The position numbers and the translations under genes are program-made. 51,040 nucleotides of DNA, from NCBI GenBank assembly GCA_964354655.1, contig CAYHAL010000006.1, positions 1 through 51,040 of the forward strand, written 5' to 3'. Shown piece after piece: positions 6,860 through 17,065 of the stretch; the stretch's first letter is position 1; the number at the start of each line of letters is the position of its first letter. The stretch is from an uncultured Dehalococcoidales bacterium (GTDB lineage Bacteria; Chloroflexota; Dehalococcoidia; Dehalococcoidales; E44-bin46). Under the pieces are notes generated by a model. The model was not told the DNA's origin and searched no databases. It was given only the letters and a program-made list of their open reading frames with translations.

Positions 6860-9748
6860 TTATCTTCTCCGGATTACCGACATGATTTTTTCAACTACCT
6901 GTGGAGTATCCTTAGCATTCATCTTGTCAAGGAGCTGATACAGCTTGAAGCGTATTTGACGATTTTGCTTGCCACTGGTCTGCCAGTGGGGATATTCCCC
7001 GAAGATTTTTGCCATCTCGGTTGCCGTCTTTTCAGCATCAATCGATGGTGCACCCTGCTGCTTGAGTAGCCACATGATGGCGAATGGCTCCCCTGATATT
7101 CCACGCTCCGCTTGCTCCCGCTCTGCTTCGTTAATTTCCCGAATCAGAGATTCAAGCTGCTTTAGCGCTTCCTGAGTAGAAATCTGACGTTGCTTAAAGG
7201 CTTCAACGATGGCTTCTGCCCGCTCACCGATAGAGAAAAGATAGGGCGCAGCCATAGCCTCATCTTGCACCTTACGACCAATGCTCTTAAGCAGGTTAAA
7301 AACCTTAACCGTGTCAGACTGGCTGCTCTGAGCAATCTGTTCTAGAGTACGGGGTGTAATCTCATAGACAGAGACGGCCTCACGGATTACCCCGACCTGG
7401 GTATATTCCTGAACCAACTGGGCGGTCTTGCGGGCAAGCTCTCTACTTGCCAGTCCTTTTCCTTCATAGGCAGAGCGCAATAGTGCATAGAGGTCACCCA
7501 GGCGCTGATAATCGTCCATGAATTCACGCAAGAAGGCGTCCGGGGAAAGAATTTCGTACAGGTCTTCCAGCTCTGCAAAGAAACTGTAAAACGACTGCCG
7601 TTTTTCCTCGTCACGAAACGCCTCTAGAGCTGCTTCAGCTGCTTTGTCGGCTACTTTGCCTGCCACAAGAGGTAGGTACTGCGCTCTTCCGGTTGCTATG
7701 TGCTCCCTAAAGCGCGCTTTCAGAATATCTAAACCCTCAATGACACTCTGGACATCTTTTGAGTCAAAGGCCAGCGCTTTTTCCAGATTCTCAAAAATAC
7801 CCACAAAGTCGAGCACAAAGCCACCTGGCTTATGCTTGCCGTTTTCGTCTTCATAGGGGCGGTTGACGCGGGCAATAGCCTGAAGGAGCACATGGTCACG
7901 CATTGGCTTATCCAGATATACGCAGTAGAGCACAGGCGCATCGTAGCCGGTAAGCAGTTTCTCTGTAACAATGAATATTTTGGGTAGTTCGTCTGGCTTG
8001 ATAAATGCTTTGCGGAAGCGCTTTTCTTCCTCTTCAGATAGGTGGTAGCGAGCAAGCTCAGGTGGGTCATTATGCCCAGGGCTGATGATGACTCTCGAAT
8101 ACTCGCTAGACAAGTAGGTATCAAGTGCTTCTTTGAGCAGGCAACAAGCCTCGCGGTCAACACCCACCAGAAACGCCTTGTAACCCATCGGCTCCACTGT
8201 TTCGGTGAAGTGCTTGGCGACATACTGGGCAACTCGCTGGACGCGGTCGCGGTTCTTGAGCATATTCTTTAAGGTAACAGCCTTATCCAGCACCCGGTTG
8301 AGGTCTTCAATATCACTGATGCCTTCGGCATCAGCGAGGTCAAGGAATTCCTGCTCCAGAATCTGACGGTCAACTCTGAGCTCATTCGGTGCCAGTGAAT
8401 AATAAAGAGGCACCGTGGTGCCGTCTTCTATAGATTCGGCAATGGAATACTTATCAAGATAGCCCTCAGGGTCGTCAATACCAAAGACCTTGAAAGTCCC
8501 TTTGCCGTAGGTGGTTTTATCAATGGGAGTGCCGGTAAAGCCTAAGTAAGTGGCATTGGGGAGAGCTCCCATTAGATAGTTCCCCAAGTCGCCTCCGGTG
8601 GTTCGGTGGGCTTCGTCTACCAATACGAATATATTCCTTCGTTCGTTAATCCTAGCAGGAATTTCATCGAACTTGTGAATCATGGAGACGATGACACCGC
8701 GAGTATCGTTCTTTAGCAATTGCTTCAGCTCCGCTTTGCTTTCGGCTACTGCCACATTGCCCAGACCACAAGCAGCCAGATTACCAAAAAGTTGCGTTTC
8801 CAGTTCATTACGGTCTACCAGCATAAGCACGGTCGGGTTTTGGAAGACGGGCTCCTCAATGAGACGCTTAGCGATAGTAATCATGGTATAGGTCTTGCCC
8901 GAGCCTTGCGTGTGCCAGATAAGCCCGCGCCGTCTATTGGGGTCATGAGCCCGTACCAATGCTCGTTCTACCGCACGCATCTGGTGTGGGCGTAGGATAA
9001 CCTTTTGCAGTTCATCATCTTTGCGGGTAAACAGGATAAAGTCCTTCAGCACCCTGAGCACCCGCTCCGGGGCAACGAAAGTTTTAACCAGAGTCTCAAA
9101 ATCCTTGCCCACGCTCTCATCTTTCCAGTCGAACAGGTTCTTCTGGGAAAGATTCCAAGTAGCGCCGTAGTGATATCGGACGAGATGCGTTAGCCCAAAC
9201 ACTTGCATCAGAGCCAGGAGTTCGGGTCCCTCACGGTGGTAGCGACGCATCTGGTCAAGCGCTTCAGCAATACCCTCCGGCTTGGTCGCGGCTTTAGTTT
9301 CTATCAAAATGATGGGAATGCCGTTAACTAGAAAGACCACATCGGGGCGGATGGTATAAACGCCGTTAGTAAAGGTAAATTCGTTCGTAACGTGAAAGAC
9401 GTTACGGTGAGCGTTCTCCAAATCCAGAAGGCGCACATTGCGCTCCCGCCGCTCAGCCTCAACAAACACCGTCTTGAGGCCTCTAAGAAACTCCCATGCC
9501 TGAAGGTTACCTTCAATGGTAGGTGGAACACGGATTAACTGCTTTGCCACCTCTTCCGCCTTAAGGTAGTCTACCCTGTCTGGGTTCAGTGCCTGCACCT
9601 TTTCAACAAAAATATTCCAGACGATGGGGCTCGTCTCACCCCGGCGCAGACGCAGGGTTTCGTCAGGTGGCAGGTAAGTCCAACCTGCCTCTACAGCGTA
9701 ACGGATAAGCGAGTTCTGGACAGTTCCGCGCTCACTGCCAAGTTTCAT
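6860..9748 (-). CDS. hsdR: Type I restriction endonuclease subunit R
   Basis: RPDVVFLVNGIPIILIETK nuclease motif; WHTQGSGKT Walker A; VDEAHR; FTGTP; LLTGYDAP; QAIARVNRP. Confidence 0.97.
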   Translation of the reverse strand: MKLGSERGTVQNSLIRYAVEAGWTYLPPDETLRLRRGETSPIVWNIFVEKVQALNPDRVDYLKAEEVAKQLIRVPPTIEGNLQAWEFLRGLKTVFVEAERRERNVRLLDLENAHRNVFHVTNEFTFTNGVYTIRPDVVFLVNGIPIILIETKAATKPEGIAEALDQMRRYHREGPELLALMQVFGLTHLVRYHYGATWNLSQKNLFDWKDESVGKDFETLVKTFVAPERVLRVLKDFILFTRKDDELQKVILRPHQMRAVERALVRAHDPNRRRGLIWHTQGSGKTYTMITIAKRLIEEPVFQNPTVLMLVDRNELETQLFGNLAACGLGNVAVAESKAELKQLLKNDTRGVIVSMIHKFDEIPARINERRNIFVLVDEAHRTTGGDLGNYLMGALPNATYLGFTGTPIDKTTYGKGTFKVFGIDDPEGYLDKYSIAESIEDGTTVPLYYSLAPNELRVDRQILEQEFLDLADAEGISDIEDLNRVLDKAVTLKNMLKNRDRVQRVAQYVAKHFTETVEPMGYKAFLVGVDREACCLLKEALDTYLSSEYSRVIISPGHNDPPELARYHLSEEEEKRFRKAFIKPDELPKIFIVTEKLLTGYDAPVLYCVYLDKPMRDHVLLQAIARVNRPYEDENGKHKPGGFVLDFVGIFENLEKALAFDSKDVQSVIEGLDILKARFREHIATGRAQYLPLVAGKVADKAAEAALEAFRDEEKRQSFYSFFAELEDLYEILSPDAFLREFMDDYQRLGDLYALLRSAYEGKGLASRELARKTAQLVQEYTQVGVIREAVSVYEITPRTLEQIAQSSQSDTVKVFNLLKSIGRKVQDEAMAAPYLFSIGERAEAIVEAFKQRQISTQEALKQLESLIREINEAEREQAERGISGEPFAIMWLLKQQGAPSIDAEKTATEMAKIFGEYPHWQTSGKQNRQIRFKLYQLLDKMNAKDTPQVVEKIMSVIRRR

Positions 9749-11055
9749 GGCACTGGAACCTCCAGCTCTTTTACTCGAACTTCTCCGGTCATCAGCAGAT
9801 AGAGCATGGTCTTGAGCAAAGTCTGAAGCGCTGCCTTGCGCTTTTCCTCCGTTTCGAGTTTCTTGTCCACTGCTGTAAGGATACGAGCGATTTCCTGCTG
9901 CTCGTGGACAGGGGGTAGAGGGATAAGTTGTCTCAACACGTCTTTATCGGTAACTGCTGGATAACTTGAACCCCTCTGATTTTCCGATACACGCTCGACA
10001 AAGTTGTCTTGAGTGACAGCTTGGAACACGAAAGACGGGACAACGGCCTCGCACTTGCAGCGGATAATGCAAAAGGCGGTTGAACACATTTGTCCGTTAA
10101 GGTATTCAGGCACTGTTGCCACTCGCCTAAGATATGGCCGAACAGTGGCAAAAATGATATCATTTGTGCTTATGACCTTTCGTGCTCTGTGAGGCGCATC
10201 ACTAGCACTATACTCAATAAAGTTCTCGATTCTAAGTCGTTCATTAGATATACATGAGACATCAACATATTTGAACAGCCAAGCTGGAGTTTGTCGCGGG
10301 TCGAATTGTTTTGTCTTCTCGGTCACCTCCCCCAGCCTCACCACTTCCCAATGCTCCGGTATCGGCCCAATTTCGGTTTCCTTTAATGGCACTCGATCGG
10401 CTTCTGGTAAAGGCACAGGACCATAGGTGAAAAGATAGCGCATCAGGGAATTTTTCAGTTCCCACGTGGCGGCGATGATTTTATTCTGCGTCTCAACCAC
10501 TTTTTGGATGGTGGAAAGCACTTGGGCGATGGCTCGTTGCTCGGTGAGGGGAGGGAGAGGGATGATAAACTCTGTTAGGTCGTTATACGACAAACTTCTT
10601 CGTACGCTTCCTCGGGACATAGAGAATCGTTTTATCCGGTCAATATAACTGTCACTCTTCAAAAGCATTTTGAGGTAGTTATGGTCTACGAATTCAGGGT
10701 GCTTGATTCTAAACACCACATAGGCTGGGCTAACAAGGCCTTCGTGTTCGTGAGCAAATAAACCGAGCGAGCCAACATTTATTCTATATGGGTTATAAGC
10801 AAAATCTCCTTGAGAAACCACCTTATACGTTTTTAAATCTCGGCTATATACCTGCTTATCAAAGAAGCTATCTGACAGGATAAAGCCATGGATGTTTGAG
10901 ACTGTGTACACAGGTAACGGCTTATTGCTTTTGTTCCTCTCCTTTTTCTCTTCTAAATAACCATCCAACTTTACAACTTGCCACTCTTTTGGTAGAGGGC
11001 CAAGTTCAGTCGTCTTGAAGCCTTCGCGAAGTTCGTTATTGCGGTTGCTCACCAC
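9745..11055 (-). CDS. hsdS: Type I R-M specificity subunit S
   Basis: Two TRDs, each preceded by TELGPLPKEW/TEIGPIPEHW and followed by IPLPP..EQ..IA; ends LMTGEVRV. Confidence 0.96.
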   Translation of the reverse strand: MVSNRNNELREGFKTTELGPLPKEWQVVKLDGYLEEKKERNKSNKPLPVYTVSNIHGFILSDSFFDKQVYSRDLKTYKVVSQGDFAYNPYRINVGSLGLFAHEHEGLVSPAYVVFRIKHPEFVDHNYLKMLLKSDSYIDRIKRFSMSRGSVRRSLSYNDLTEFIIPLPPLTEQRAIAQVLSTIQKVVETQNKIIAATWELKNSLMRYLFTYGPVPLPEADRVPLKETEIGPIPEHWEVVRLGEVTEKTKQFDPRQTPAWLFKYVDVSCISNERLRIENFIEYSASDAPHRARKVISTNDIIFATVRPYLRRVATVPEYLNGQMCSTAFCIIRCKCEAVVPSFVFQAVTQDNFVERVSENQRGSSYPAVTDKDVLRQLIPLPPVHEQQEIARILTAVDKKLETEEKRKAALQTLLKTMLYLLMTGEVRVKELEVPVP

Positions 11056-12571
11056 GCCAGTCTCCTAACCCCATTTTTGCTAATATTGCGCTTAGTTCTC
11101 GGTCAAGTGCCTGCCGCTCTTCCTCGGCCTCAGCCAGTAAGACCATTGCCTCATCAAGGGGCAGGACTTCTTCCTTGCTATTGCTGGCTACATAGCGGGA
11201 CGGGCTAAGGTTATAATCATTACGGATAGCTTCATCATTAGTGATAATTTTGCTCAGACTTCCGACTTCTTGCCAGTTGAGATAGGCATTTGAAATGCGG
11301 GTAATGTGCTCTTCTGCCAGGTAGTTCTTGGGACGTCCTTTGGAAAATTCTCTGGAGGCATTAATTAGCAGGATTTGACCCTTGTGCGGCTTTACCTTAT
11401 TGATAACCAGGATGTTGCCCGGCGCGGTGGTGTTGTAAAAGAGGTTCTCCGGCAGGAGAATGACCCCCTCAACTAGGTCATGCTCGACGAACGCCTTGCG
11501 GATGTCCCGCTCCCGGTTTGAACCTTGATTACCGCTGCCTCTAGAAGCAGCGCCAGTGTCTATCACCATTGCCATTTTGCCGCTATCATTAAGAGAGGCG
11601 AACATGTGCTGAATCCAGCCCCAGTCGGCACTACTAGCAGGTGGAACACCAAAGCAAAAACGCCCGTAGGTATCATTTTCATAGGTAGCAAGCGAGAAAT
11701 TCTGGTTCCACATGGGATTGGCGGTAACCTTGTGGAACTTGCGGAGTGAGCCATCCCGGTTTAAAAAGGCAGGGCGATTCATCGTATCGCCAAGCGCAAT
11801 TTCTGCCTCCATATCGTAGATGAAGGCGTTCATTCTCGCCATGGCAAAGGTGGCAGCATTAATCTCCTGACCATAAAACCTGAGCGGAGCAAGGTGAGGG
11901 TCGTCACCATACTTTTCGCGGAAGCGGAGATAAGATTTGACCAAAAGCCCGCCGGACCCGCAGGCGGGGTCATAAATCTCGTCCCCTGGCTGGGGGTCAA
12001 GGATTCGGGCCATTAGAATCGTCACTTCGCGGGGTGTGTAAAACTCGCCAGCACTTTGTCCCTGCCCCTCGGCAAACTTGCGTAGCAAGTACTCATAAGC
12101 TCGCCCCAATATATCTGGTTCCACATCCTGAAGGCCGAGTCGGTGACGAGAAAGCACCTGCACCAACGCCCGCAGCCGGTCATCACTCATGATGCGTTGA
12201 CCAGCAGTAGTCTCGTTAAAGTCCTTGGTATCAATCACGCCGCTGAGTTTGGGATTCTCACGCGCCACTGAGCGCACCACATCGGTGAGATATTCACCCA
12301 GATTTGTTGTTTGGCGGGCAACATTCTCCCAGCGGGCATTCTTCTGGATATAAAACCGCACTAGACTGTGGTCACTATCAACAAACCGGGCAGTGTTGCC
12401 AAGTTGTTTTAGCTCATCCTCGAACACATCGGAAAGACGCTTGAGGAAAATGAGTGGCAGAATATAATCCTTGAACTTGGGGGCATCAATAGGCCCCCGA
12501 ATCACACAGGCGGCTTCCCATAGCCATGATTCCAGAGTACTGATGTCCAATGTCGGCTTTTGATTGGCCAT
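11036..12571 (-). CDS. hsdM: Type I R-M methyltransferase subunit M
   Basis: LESWLWEAAC, GEFYTPREV, IYDPACGSGG (SAM binding), motif IV as ANPMW, YNLSPSRYV. Confidence 0.96.
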   Translation of the reverse strand: MANQKPTLDISTLESWLWEAACVIRGPIDAPKFKDYILPLIFLKRLSDVFEDELKQLGNTARFVDSDHSLVRFYIQKNARWENVARQTTNLGEYLTDVVRSVARENPKLSGVIDTKDFNETTAGQRIMSDDRLRALVQVLSRHRLGLQDVEPDILGRAYEYLLRKFAEGQGQSAGEFYTPREVTILMARILDPQPGDEIYDPACGSGGLLVKSYLRFREKYGDDPHLAPLRFYGQEINAATFAMARMNAFIYDMEAEIALGDTMNRPAFLNRDGSLRKFHKVTANPMWNQNFSLATYENDTYGRFCFGVPPASSADWGWIQHMFASLNDSGKMAMVIDTGAASRGSGNQGSNRERDIRKAFVEHDLVEGVILLPENLFYNTTAPGNILVINKVKPHKGQILLINASREFSKGRPKNYLAEEHITRISNAYLNWQEVGSLSKIITNDEAIRNDYNLSPSRYVASNSKEEVLPLDEAMVLLAEAEEERQALDRELSAILAKMGLGDWRGEQPQ

Positions 12572-12603
12572 GGCTCGCCTCCGGAGGATGCTTCTTGACT
12601 CTT

Positions 12604-12632
12604 ACTATATAACCATCTAAGTCCAGTGTCAA
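12604..12632 (-). promoter_or_regulatory. Sigma70-type promoter of hsdMSR
   Basis: Minus strand TTGACA-17 nt-TATAGT, upstream of GGAGG RBS and the hsdM ATG. Confidence 0.7.
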
Positions 12633-12926
12633 TTAAGCCCGTAAATTCACAATGAACTATTCGTCATTTTGTGTGACGTGTTAAGTGTAATATAATAGAC
12701 TTAGAAATGAAGGGTCTACGAGATGGCTAATTTGAATCCGTTCTGGTCAGTCATCATTATGGCAAGCGCTGCCTTTCTCGGAGCAGTCATAAAACACACA
12801 GGAAATGTGTTATAATAATTATCATAGCATGTCCTTGAAAGAGTCGCGTTTTAATTCTGGAAGTGCAATCTTAACCCTAGAGTTGGAGGAGTCACTAGTG
12901 CCCCACTGTCTCCAAAAGGAGGAACT

Positions 12927-15497
12927 ATGACAAAGATCTATTTCCTAAGTCATAGTAGTCAAGATGACATCGTGGTAAAGCGCGTTGCGGCATCTGTAGG
13001 TAGAGAACAATGTTGGCTTTACGAGTGGGATGTTAGGCCAGGCGAATCCATCTTTGAGTTCGACAAAGCAATTGCTGATTCCCGAATCTTTGTTCTTTTT
13101 TGGAGTAACAATGCTACCACCTCCGATATGGTTACAGACGAGATTAGCCAAGCACGGATACGGCTATCAAGAGACAAGGGATTTCGTCTAGTCGTTGTTA
13201 GACTAGACACTGCGCCATTGCCTCCCGCACTTGCGTACCGTGTCTACATTGACGGAACCAAGGGTGTAAACAGCATTGCTAGATCATTGAAGAGGTTGCA
13301 AGACGAATTGATCCCTGCGGAGACATTCATTGGTTCTCCTATGCTCAGAGATTCATTCCAAAACAGGGAACAAGAGGTAGATCTTCTGGAGCATTTGGCC
13401 CTGTCTGGGGACAGCCCGGTGATAGTCTTAGGGCTTGATGGCATCGGGAAAACGGCGCTTGTGAAAAAGGCGATAACAGCAGTATTTTCTCATCTTACAC
13501 CATTGTGGGTAGATCTCGAGGTGGCATCGACACCGGTGCGCTTAATATCGTCAGTTGCAAAACCGCTCAGTGTGTTGCTGGACTCTCATGAAGTGGCCAA
13601 TAACCCTGAGCAGTTTTGGCATACTGTGCTGCTGCCCGAAATTAGAGAATCCGATAGGCTGTTCATTGTCTTCGACAATTTCCAGATTCGTACAGTTGCA
13701 GGTTATAGTAGGAGCGAGACAGCGATTAAACTGGCTCAGGCAATGTGTCGCGATCTAGTAATGATCCGAAAACCTAACAACCCCGGTGTCATATTAATTT
13801 CGTGGAATGAACCGCTTTTGGATCCAGATACATTGGGCCGATTCAAGCGGGTAGAAGTAGGACCACTGGACAGGAAGTCAATCGCGCGAGCTCTGCGGTT
13901 TCATCTATCACGCGTCTCCTCGCTAGAATATGACCTGCAAAAGTTGGAAACACTAGCGGGACAACTATGGGGTTATCCCGCAGCCGTTGGCGTAGTGGCA
14001 CGAAAAGTCGCGGAGCAAGGAATTGATGCCGTTTTGACAGACTCCAAAGGCTTGCGCAAATTGCGGTATGTGATTGCGGAGGAACTTTTCTCACGAGTGT
14101 CTCTTTCAGAGGACGAAAAGAATATGCTTATACTCCTTGCAACGTCTGTTTATCCGTTGCTTGAGCGCCACCTCAGACTTCTTCCTGGGGCCGATATGGG
14201 ATATTTTGAAAGCATTAGAAGAAAAGAGCTTCTAGACCCCGCGTCACCAGGCTACTACTTACACGGTGTATTACGGGATTATGTTTTGGAATCCATGGCT
14301 CGACCTCTGGCCATCATGGAGTGCCATGGTAGGCTAGCCCGACTGTTTGACCATGAGTGGAAGAGCGCCCTTGAGCGAAGTGCTGAGCGAGCAGAATACG
14401 CATCACTATGTCATTTTCACGCACTTTCTTCTGGTAGCAGAAGATGGGCAAGGTTAATTCAAAAGGACTATCTGGAAGAAGCGAAGGCAGCAGCTGTTGA
14501 ACTATATCGGCGAGGTCAATACAAGACCGCTTTGGCTTACCTTGAGAATGCAAGAAAAATCGATGATACATCCGATCCAATCTATGACTTCTACTATGGG
14601 CTGTCTTTGAATAGGCTGGGAAGATCGCAAGAGGCACTAGATATAATGAATAGCCTTGTAGGAAGATTTCCGCGAGTCTCTCGATATCAGCATGCGCTCG
14701 GAACGATACTGAGAAGAATGGGCAAGAACGACGATGCTTTGCAGCATTTTCGTAAGGCTGTTTCGTTGTCAACAGGAGGGGGAAAAGTGACGGCATTGTG
14801 TAGCCTAGCTGAGCTTTTGACTGACACTGGCCGAAGTGATGAAGCTCTGCCACTGGTGGAAGAGGCCCTCGATCTAGAACCGGGCAAGTCATTCGTGGTG
14901 GGTACAGCAAGTATGGTTTATGAGGCCGTTGGGCAAATAGACAAGGCCCTAGAGATAATACGAGATGGTCTCCGCATATCTCCGGGGGATACTCGTCTAC
15001 ATCATAGGGCTGGAATGATATTGAAAAAAATGGGATTATTCACAGAAGCCAAGGATCACCTCGAACAGGCTTCCAAAGATCCTTCGCTAGGCTTCTCGGT
15101 TACGGCTTTGGCAGATGTTTACCTGAAGCTTGATAGAGTTGATGAGGCTGCAGACGTTGTGGAAAGATTTCCGGGATCGAAACAACGCAATCCATCGTAT
15201 CTTTCAACAAAAGCCAATATCCTTAGACGACAAGGAGACTACAGGAATGCTGAGACTCTTTTGAGTAAAGCCATCAAATTGGAGCCATACAACGTGGTTC
15301 TATACGGCGGCATGGCTCAGGTTAAGTTCGACCAAGCACAGCAGTTGATAAAAATAGGCGACAAGCAGACAGCCTTGATCAGTTTAGAAGAGGCAAGAAA
15401 CTTTTTATTAAATGGTTTACAGGTTGAAGCACAGGATGAGCTTCTTTTGTCTCTTAGGCACATCATTGACAAACTTGAATTAGAGATTAATCCTTAG
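12927..15497 (+). CDS. TIR - STAND/NB-ARC-like ATPase - TPR protein (Avs/NLR-like putative anti-phage sensor-effector)
   Basis: N-terminal TIR (YFLSHSSQD...FVLFWS..ATTSDMVTDEI); Walker A GLDGIGKT; Walker B LFIVFDNF; GYPAAV (GxP motif); LHGVLRDY (MHD-like); about ten TPR-like helix pairs at the C-terminus; AAGGAGG RBS. Confidence 0.88.
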   Translation: MTKIYFLSHSSQDDIVVKRVAASVGREQCWLYEWDVRPGESIFEFDKAIADSRIFVLFWSNNATTSDMVTDEISQARIRLSRDKGFRLVVVRLDTAPLPPALAYRVYIDGTKGVNSIARSLKRLQDELIPAETFIGSPMLRDSFQNREQEVDLLEHLALSGDSPVIVLGLDGIGKTALVKKAITAVFSHLTPLWVDLEVASTPVRLISSVAKPLSVLLDSHEVANNPEQFWHTVLLPEIRESDRLFIVFDNFQIRTVAGYSRSETAIKLAQAMCRDLVMIRKPNNPGVILISWNEPLLDPDTLGRFKRVEVGPLDRKSIARALRFHLSRVSSLEYDLQKLETLAGQLWGYPAAVGVVARKVAEQGIDAVLTDSKGLRKLRYVIAEELFSRVSLSEDEKNMLILLATSVYPLLERHLRLLPGADMGYFESIRRKELLDPASPGYYLHGVLRDYVLESMARPLAIMECHGRLARLFDHEWKSALERSAERAEYASLCHFHALSSGSRRWARLIQKDYLEEAKAAAVELYRRGQYKTALAYLENARKIDDTSDPIYDFYYGLSLNRLGRSQEALDIMNSLVGRFPRVSRYQHALGTILRRMGKNDDALQHFRKAVSLSTGGGKVTALCSLAELLTDTGRSDEALPLVEEALDLEPGKSFVVGTASMVYEAVGQIDKALEIIRDGLRISPGDTRLHHRAGMILKKMGLFTEAKDHLEQASKDPSLGFSVTALADVYLKLDRVDEAADVVERFPGSKQRNPSYLSTKANILRRQGDYRNAETLLSKAIKLEPYNVVLYGGMAQVKFDQAQQLIKIGDKQTALISLEEARNFLLNGLQVEAQDELLLSLRHIIDKLELEINP

Positions 15498-15673
15498 TAT
15501 TATCACTTTTCATCTTTTTGTTGCTGCACAAAAAGCCAGAATGTGCAAGTTGACTTTGTTTAGAGTGCCGCTCGGACTGAATGAAAAACTCCCACTGGTT
15601 GTGTATCAACCTGTATCTGATGCCTGCCTTGACGATTGCTCTGTACCGCATGGCCGTCAGTTCCATTGCATTG

Positions 15674-16516
15674 TTAGCCCGCTTCGTGTGCCACCGAATG
15701 CCCAGTGACCTCTATTGGAGGGCACCAGATCGCGGCCGTCTCGTCGCCAAAAGCGACCGCAGTCCCTTCCAGATAGCAGATTCCGACCCATGCGCAAAGC
15801 AGTGCATCGACCGCATCCTCGTACCGTTTCAGCGCCGTAAGCGAGGGCACGGCATCGGCCTGAGGAAGAGGAAGAGCAACCGGGCCTACAATTCTAACGA
15901 GGGCCTCACTGATAACTCGAAACTCATTGAGAAGAGCCGCTATCCGCTGCATGACTGTCGACTTCGGCCAGTAACGGTGGGACTTTGCCACCTTATACTG
16001 TACCCGATACTCACGCTCTAGTAGGGTCAGGAGCGCCGGGTGAGGATACACCTCCACGAGGCGCATAGTCCTTCCAGCGGGTTCCGCCTTGGTTGCAACG
16101 CTGTAACCAGCGGCTTTGAACTGTTTTGTGAGACATTCGCCAAGTTTGCCTGGTCGTGCACAGCCTGGGGTATGCGTTGAACAGCCACGGCCTCCATACT
16201 TCTTGGATATGCATTCATCCGCTTCCCGCCGACCGGTGATCGGTACCATTGCTACAGGCATGTCAATCGTCACGAGATCGACACGCGCGCCTGCTAGTCG
16301 GGAAGCCGCGTCAAGCAGCAAGGTAGCCTCGGGCACGCTACCGTCAAAACGACGGCCAGTCCAATCAACATGGACACCATTGGAGAGCATCAAGAATGCC
16401 TCATAGCTCGGTGCGACGGCAGCGCAACGCCACCTTTTACCAGACGAAACCATCACCGCCACTCCACTGGGTTTGCCTTCGGTCCAGGCCGCATCAATAG
16501 CAAGAATCACGCTCAT
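15674..16516 (-). CDS. DUF429 family predicted RNase H-fold nuclease
   Basis: ILAIDAAWT, VTIDMP, GRREAD, LVEVYPHPA, EDAVDALLCAWVG. Confidence 0.88.
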   Translation of the reverse strand: MSVILAIDAAWTEGKPSGVAVMVSSGKRWRCAAVAPSYEAFLMLSNGVHVDWTGRRFDGSVPEATLLLDAASRLAGARVDLVTIDMPVAMVPITGRREADECISKKYGGRGCSTHTPGCARPGKLGECLTKQFKAAGYSVATKAEPAGRTMRLVEVYPHPALLTLLEREYRVQYKVAKSHRYWPKSTVMQRIAALLNEFRVISEALVRIVGPVALPLPQADAVPSLTALKRYEDAVDALLCAWVGICYLEGTAVAFGDETAAIWCPPIEVTGHSVAHEAG

Positions 16517-16850
16517 ACGTTGCGCTCCGTTTTGGCTGCCTCAGTCACCGTCTTATCGGCAACCTGACGACTAAGATCACCAACTGCAAGAGAACATGAT
16601 ACCACACCCAATAGCAATCCAGTACTAGCATAGTATTTCTAACATTTCGTTAGCTCATATTACCGCTCATTATTCTTGACGAGATAGCGAGCAGTTGAAC
16701 AAAACATCAGTGTTCAGCGGAAGGCGTGGTAAGGCGAGCTTACTGGCCCACATCCGTATTCTTAGTGTGAAACGAGTTGGGAAGGTAAGATAACTTCTGC
16801 GGTGGCTCACCCTCAATAGCTGCAATTTGCTGCTCAAGTCTCGTAGGCTT

Positions 16851-17030
16851 CTAGCTGGTATGTTGCCCCGGCCCTTCGGATACGGCTTCTGCACTCTCAG
16901 TGGCACGATTAGCGGCTTTAGTACGTTGCCTCCGAAACATAAGAAGAACACCCACAGCTAATCCTAGAAGTACGCTAGTCACGACTAAACATGCCACAAG
17001 CAATATGACCATAACACCTGTCATATCCAT
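16851..17030 (-). CDS. Small single-pass membrane protein (59 aa, absent from the ORF track)
   Basis: Hand translation MDMTGVMVILLVACLVVTSVLLGLAVGVLLMFRRQRTKAANRATESAEAVSEGPGQHTS*; GAGGGG RBS; 35 bp downstream of the ComEC-like gene. Confidence 0.65.
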   Translation of the reverse strand: MDMTGVMVILLVACLVVTSVLLGLAVGVLLMFRRQRTKAANRATESAEAVSEGPGQHTS

Positions 17031-17065
17031 GATGGTATACCCCCTCTTTACTTCACTTCAGTTGG

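Noticed and set aside
12723-12815. 30-codon hydrophobic micro-ORF between hsdM and the TIR gene
   Set aside because: No clear RBS or recognisable family; cannot be supported.
16636-16656. Integron attC-like CTAAC...GTTAG
   Set aside because: Far too short for an attC, single occurrence, and no integron integrase.
15581-16951. Track ORFs 15581-16021, 16116-16406 and 16670-16951
   Set aside because: Antisense or alternative-frame overlaps of the DUF429 gene and the 59-aa membrane ORF, with no motifs.
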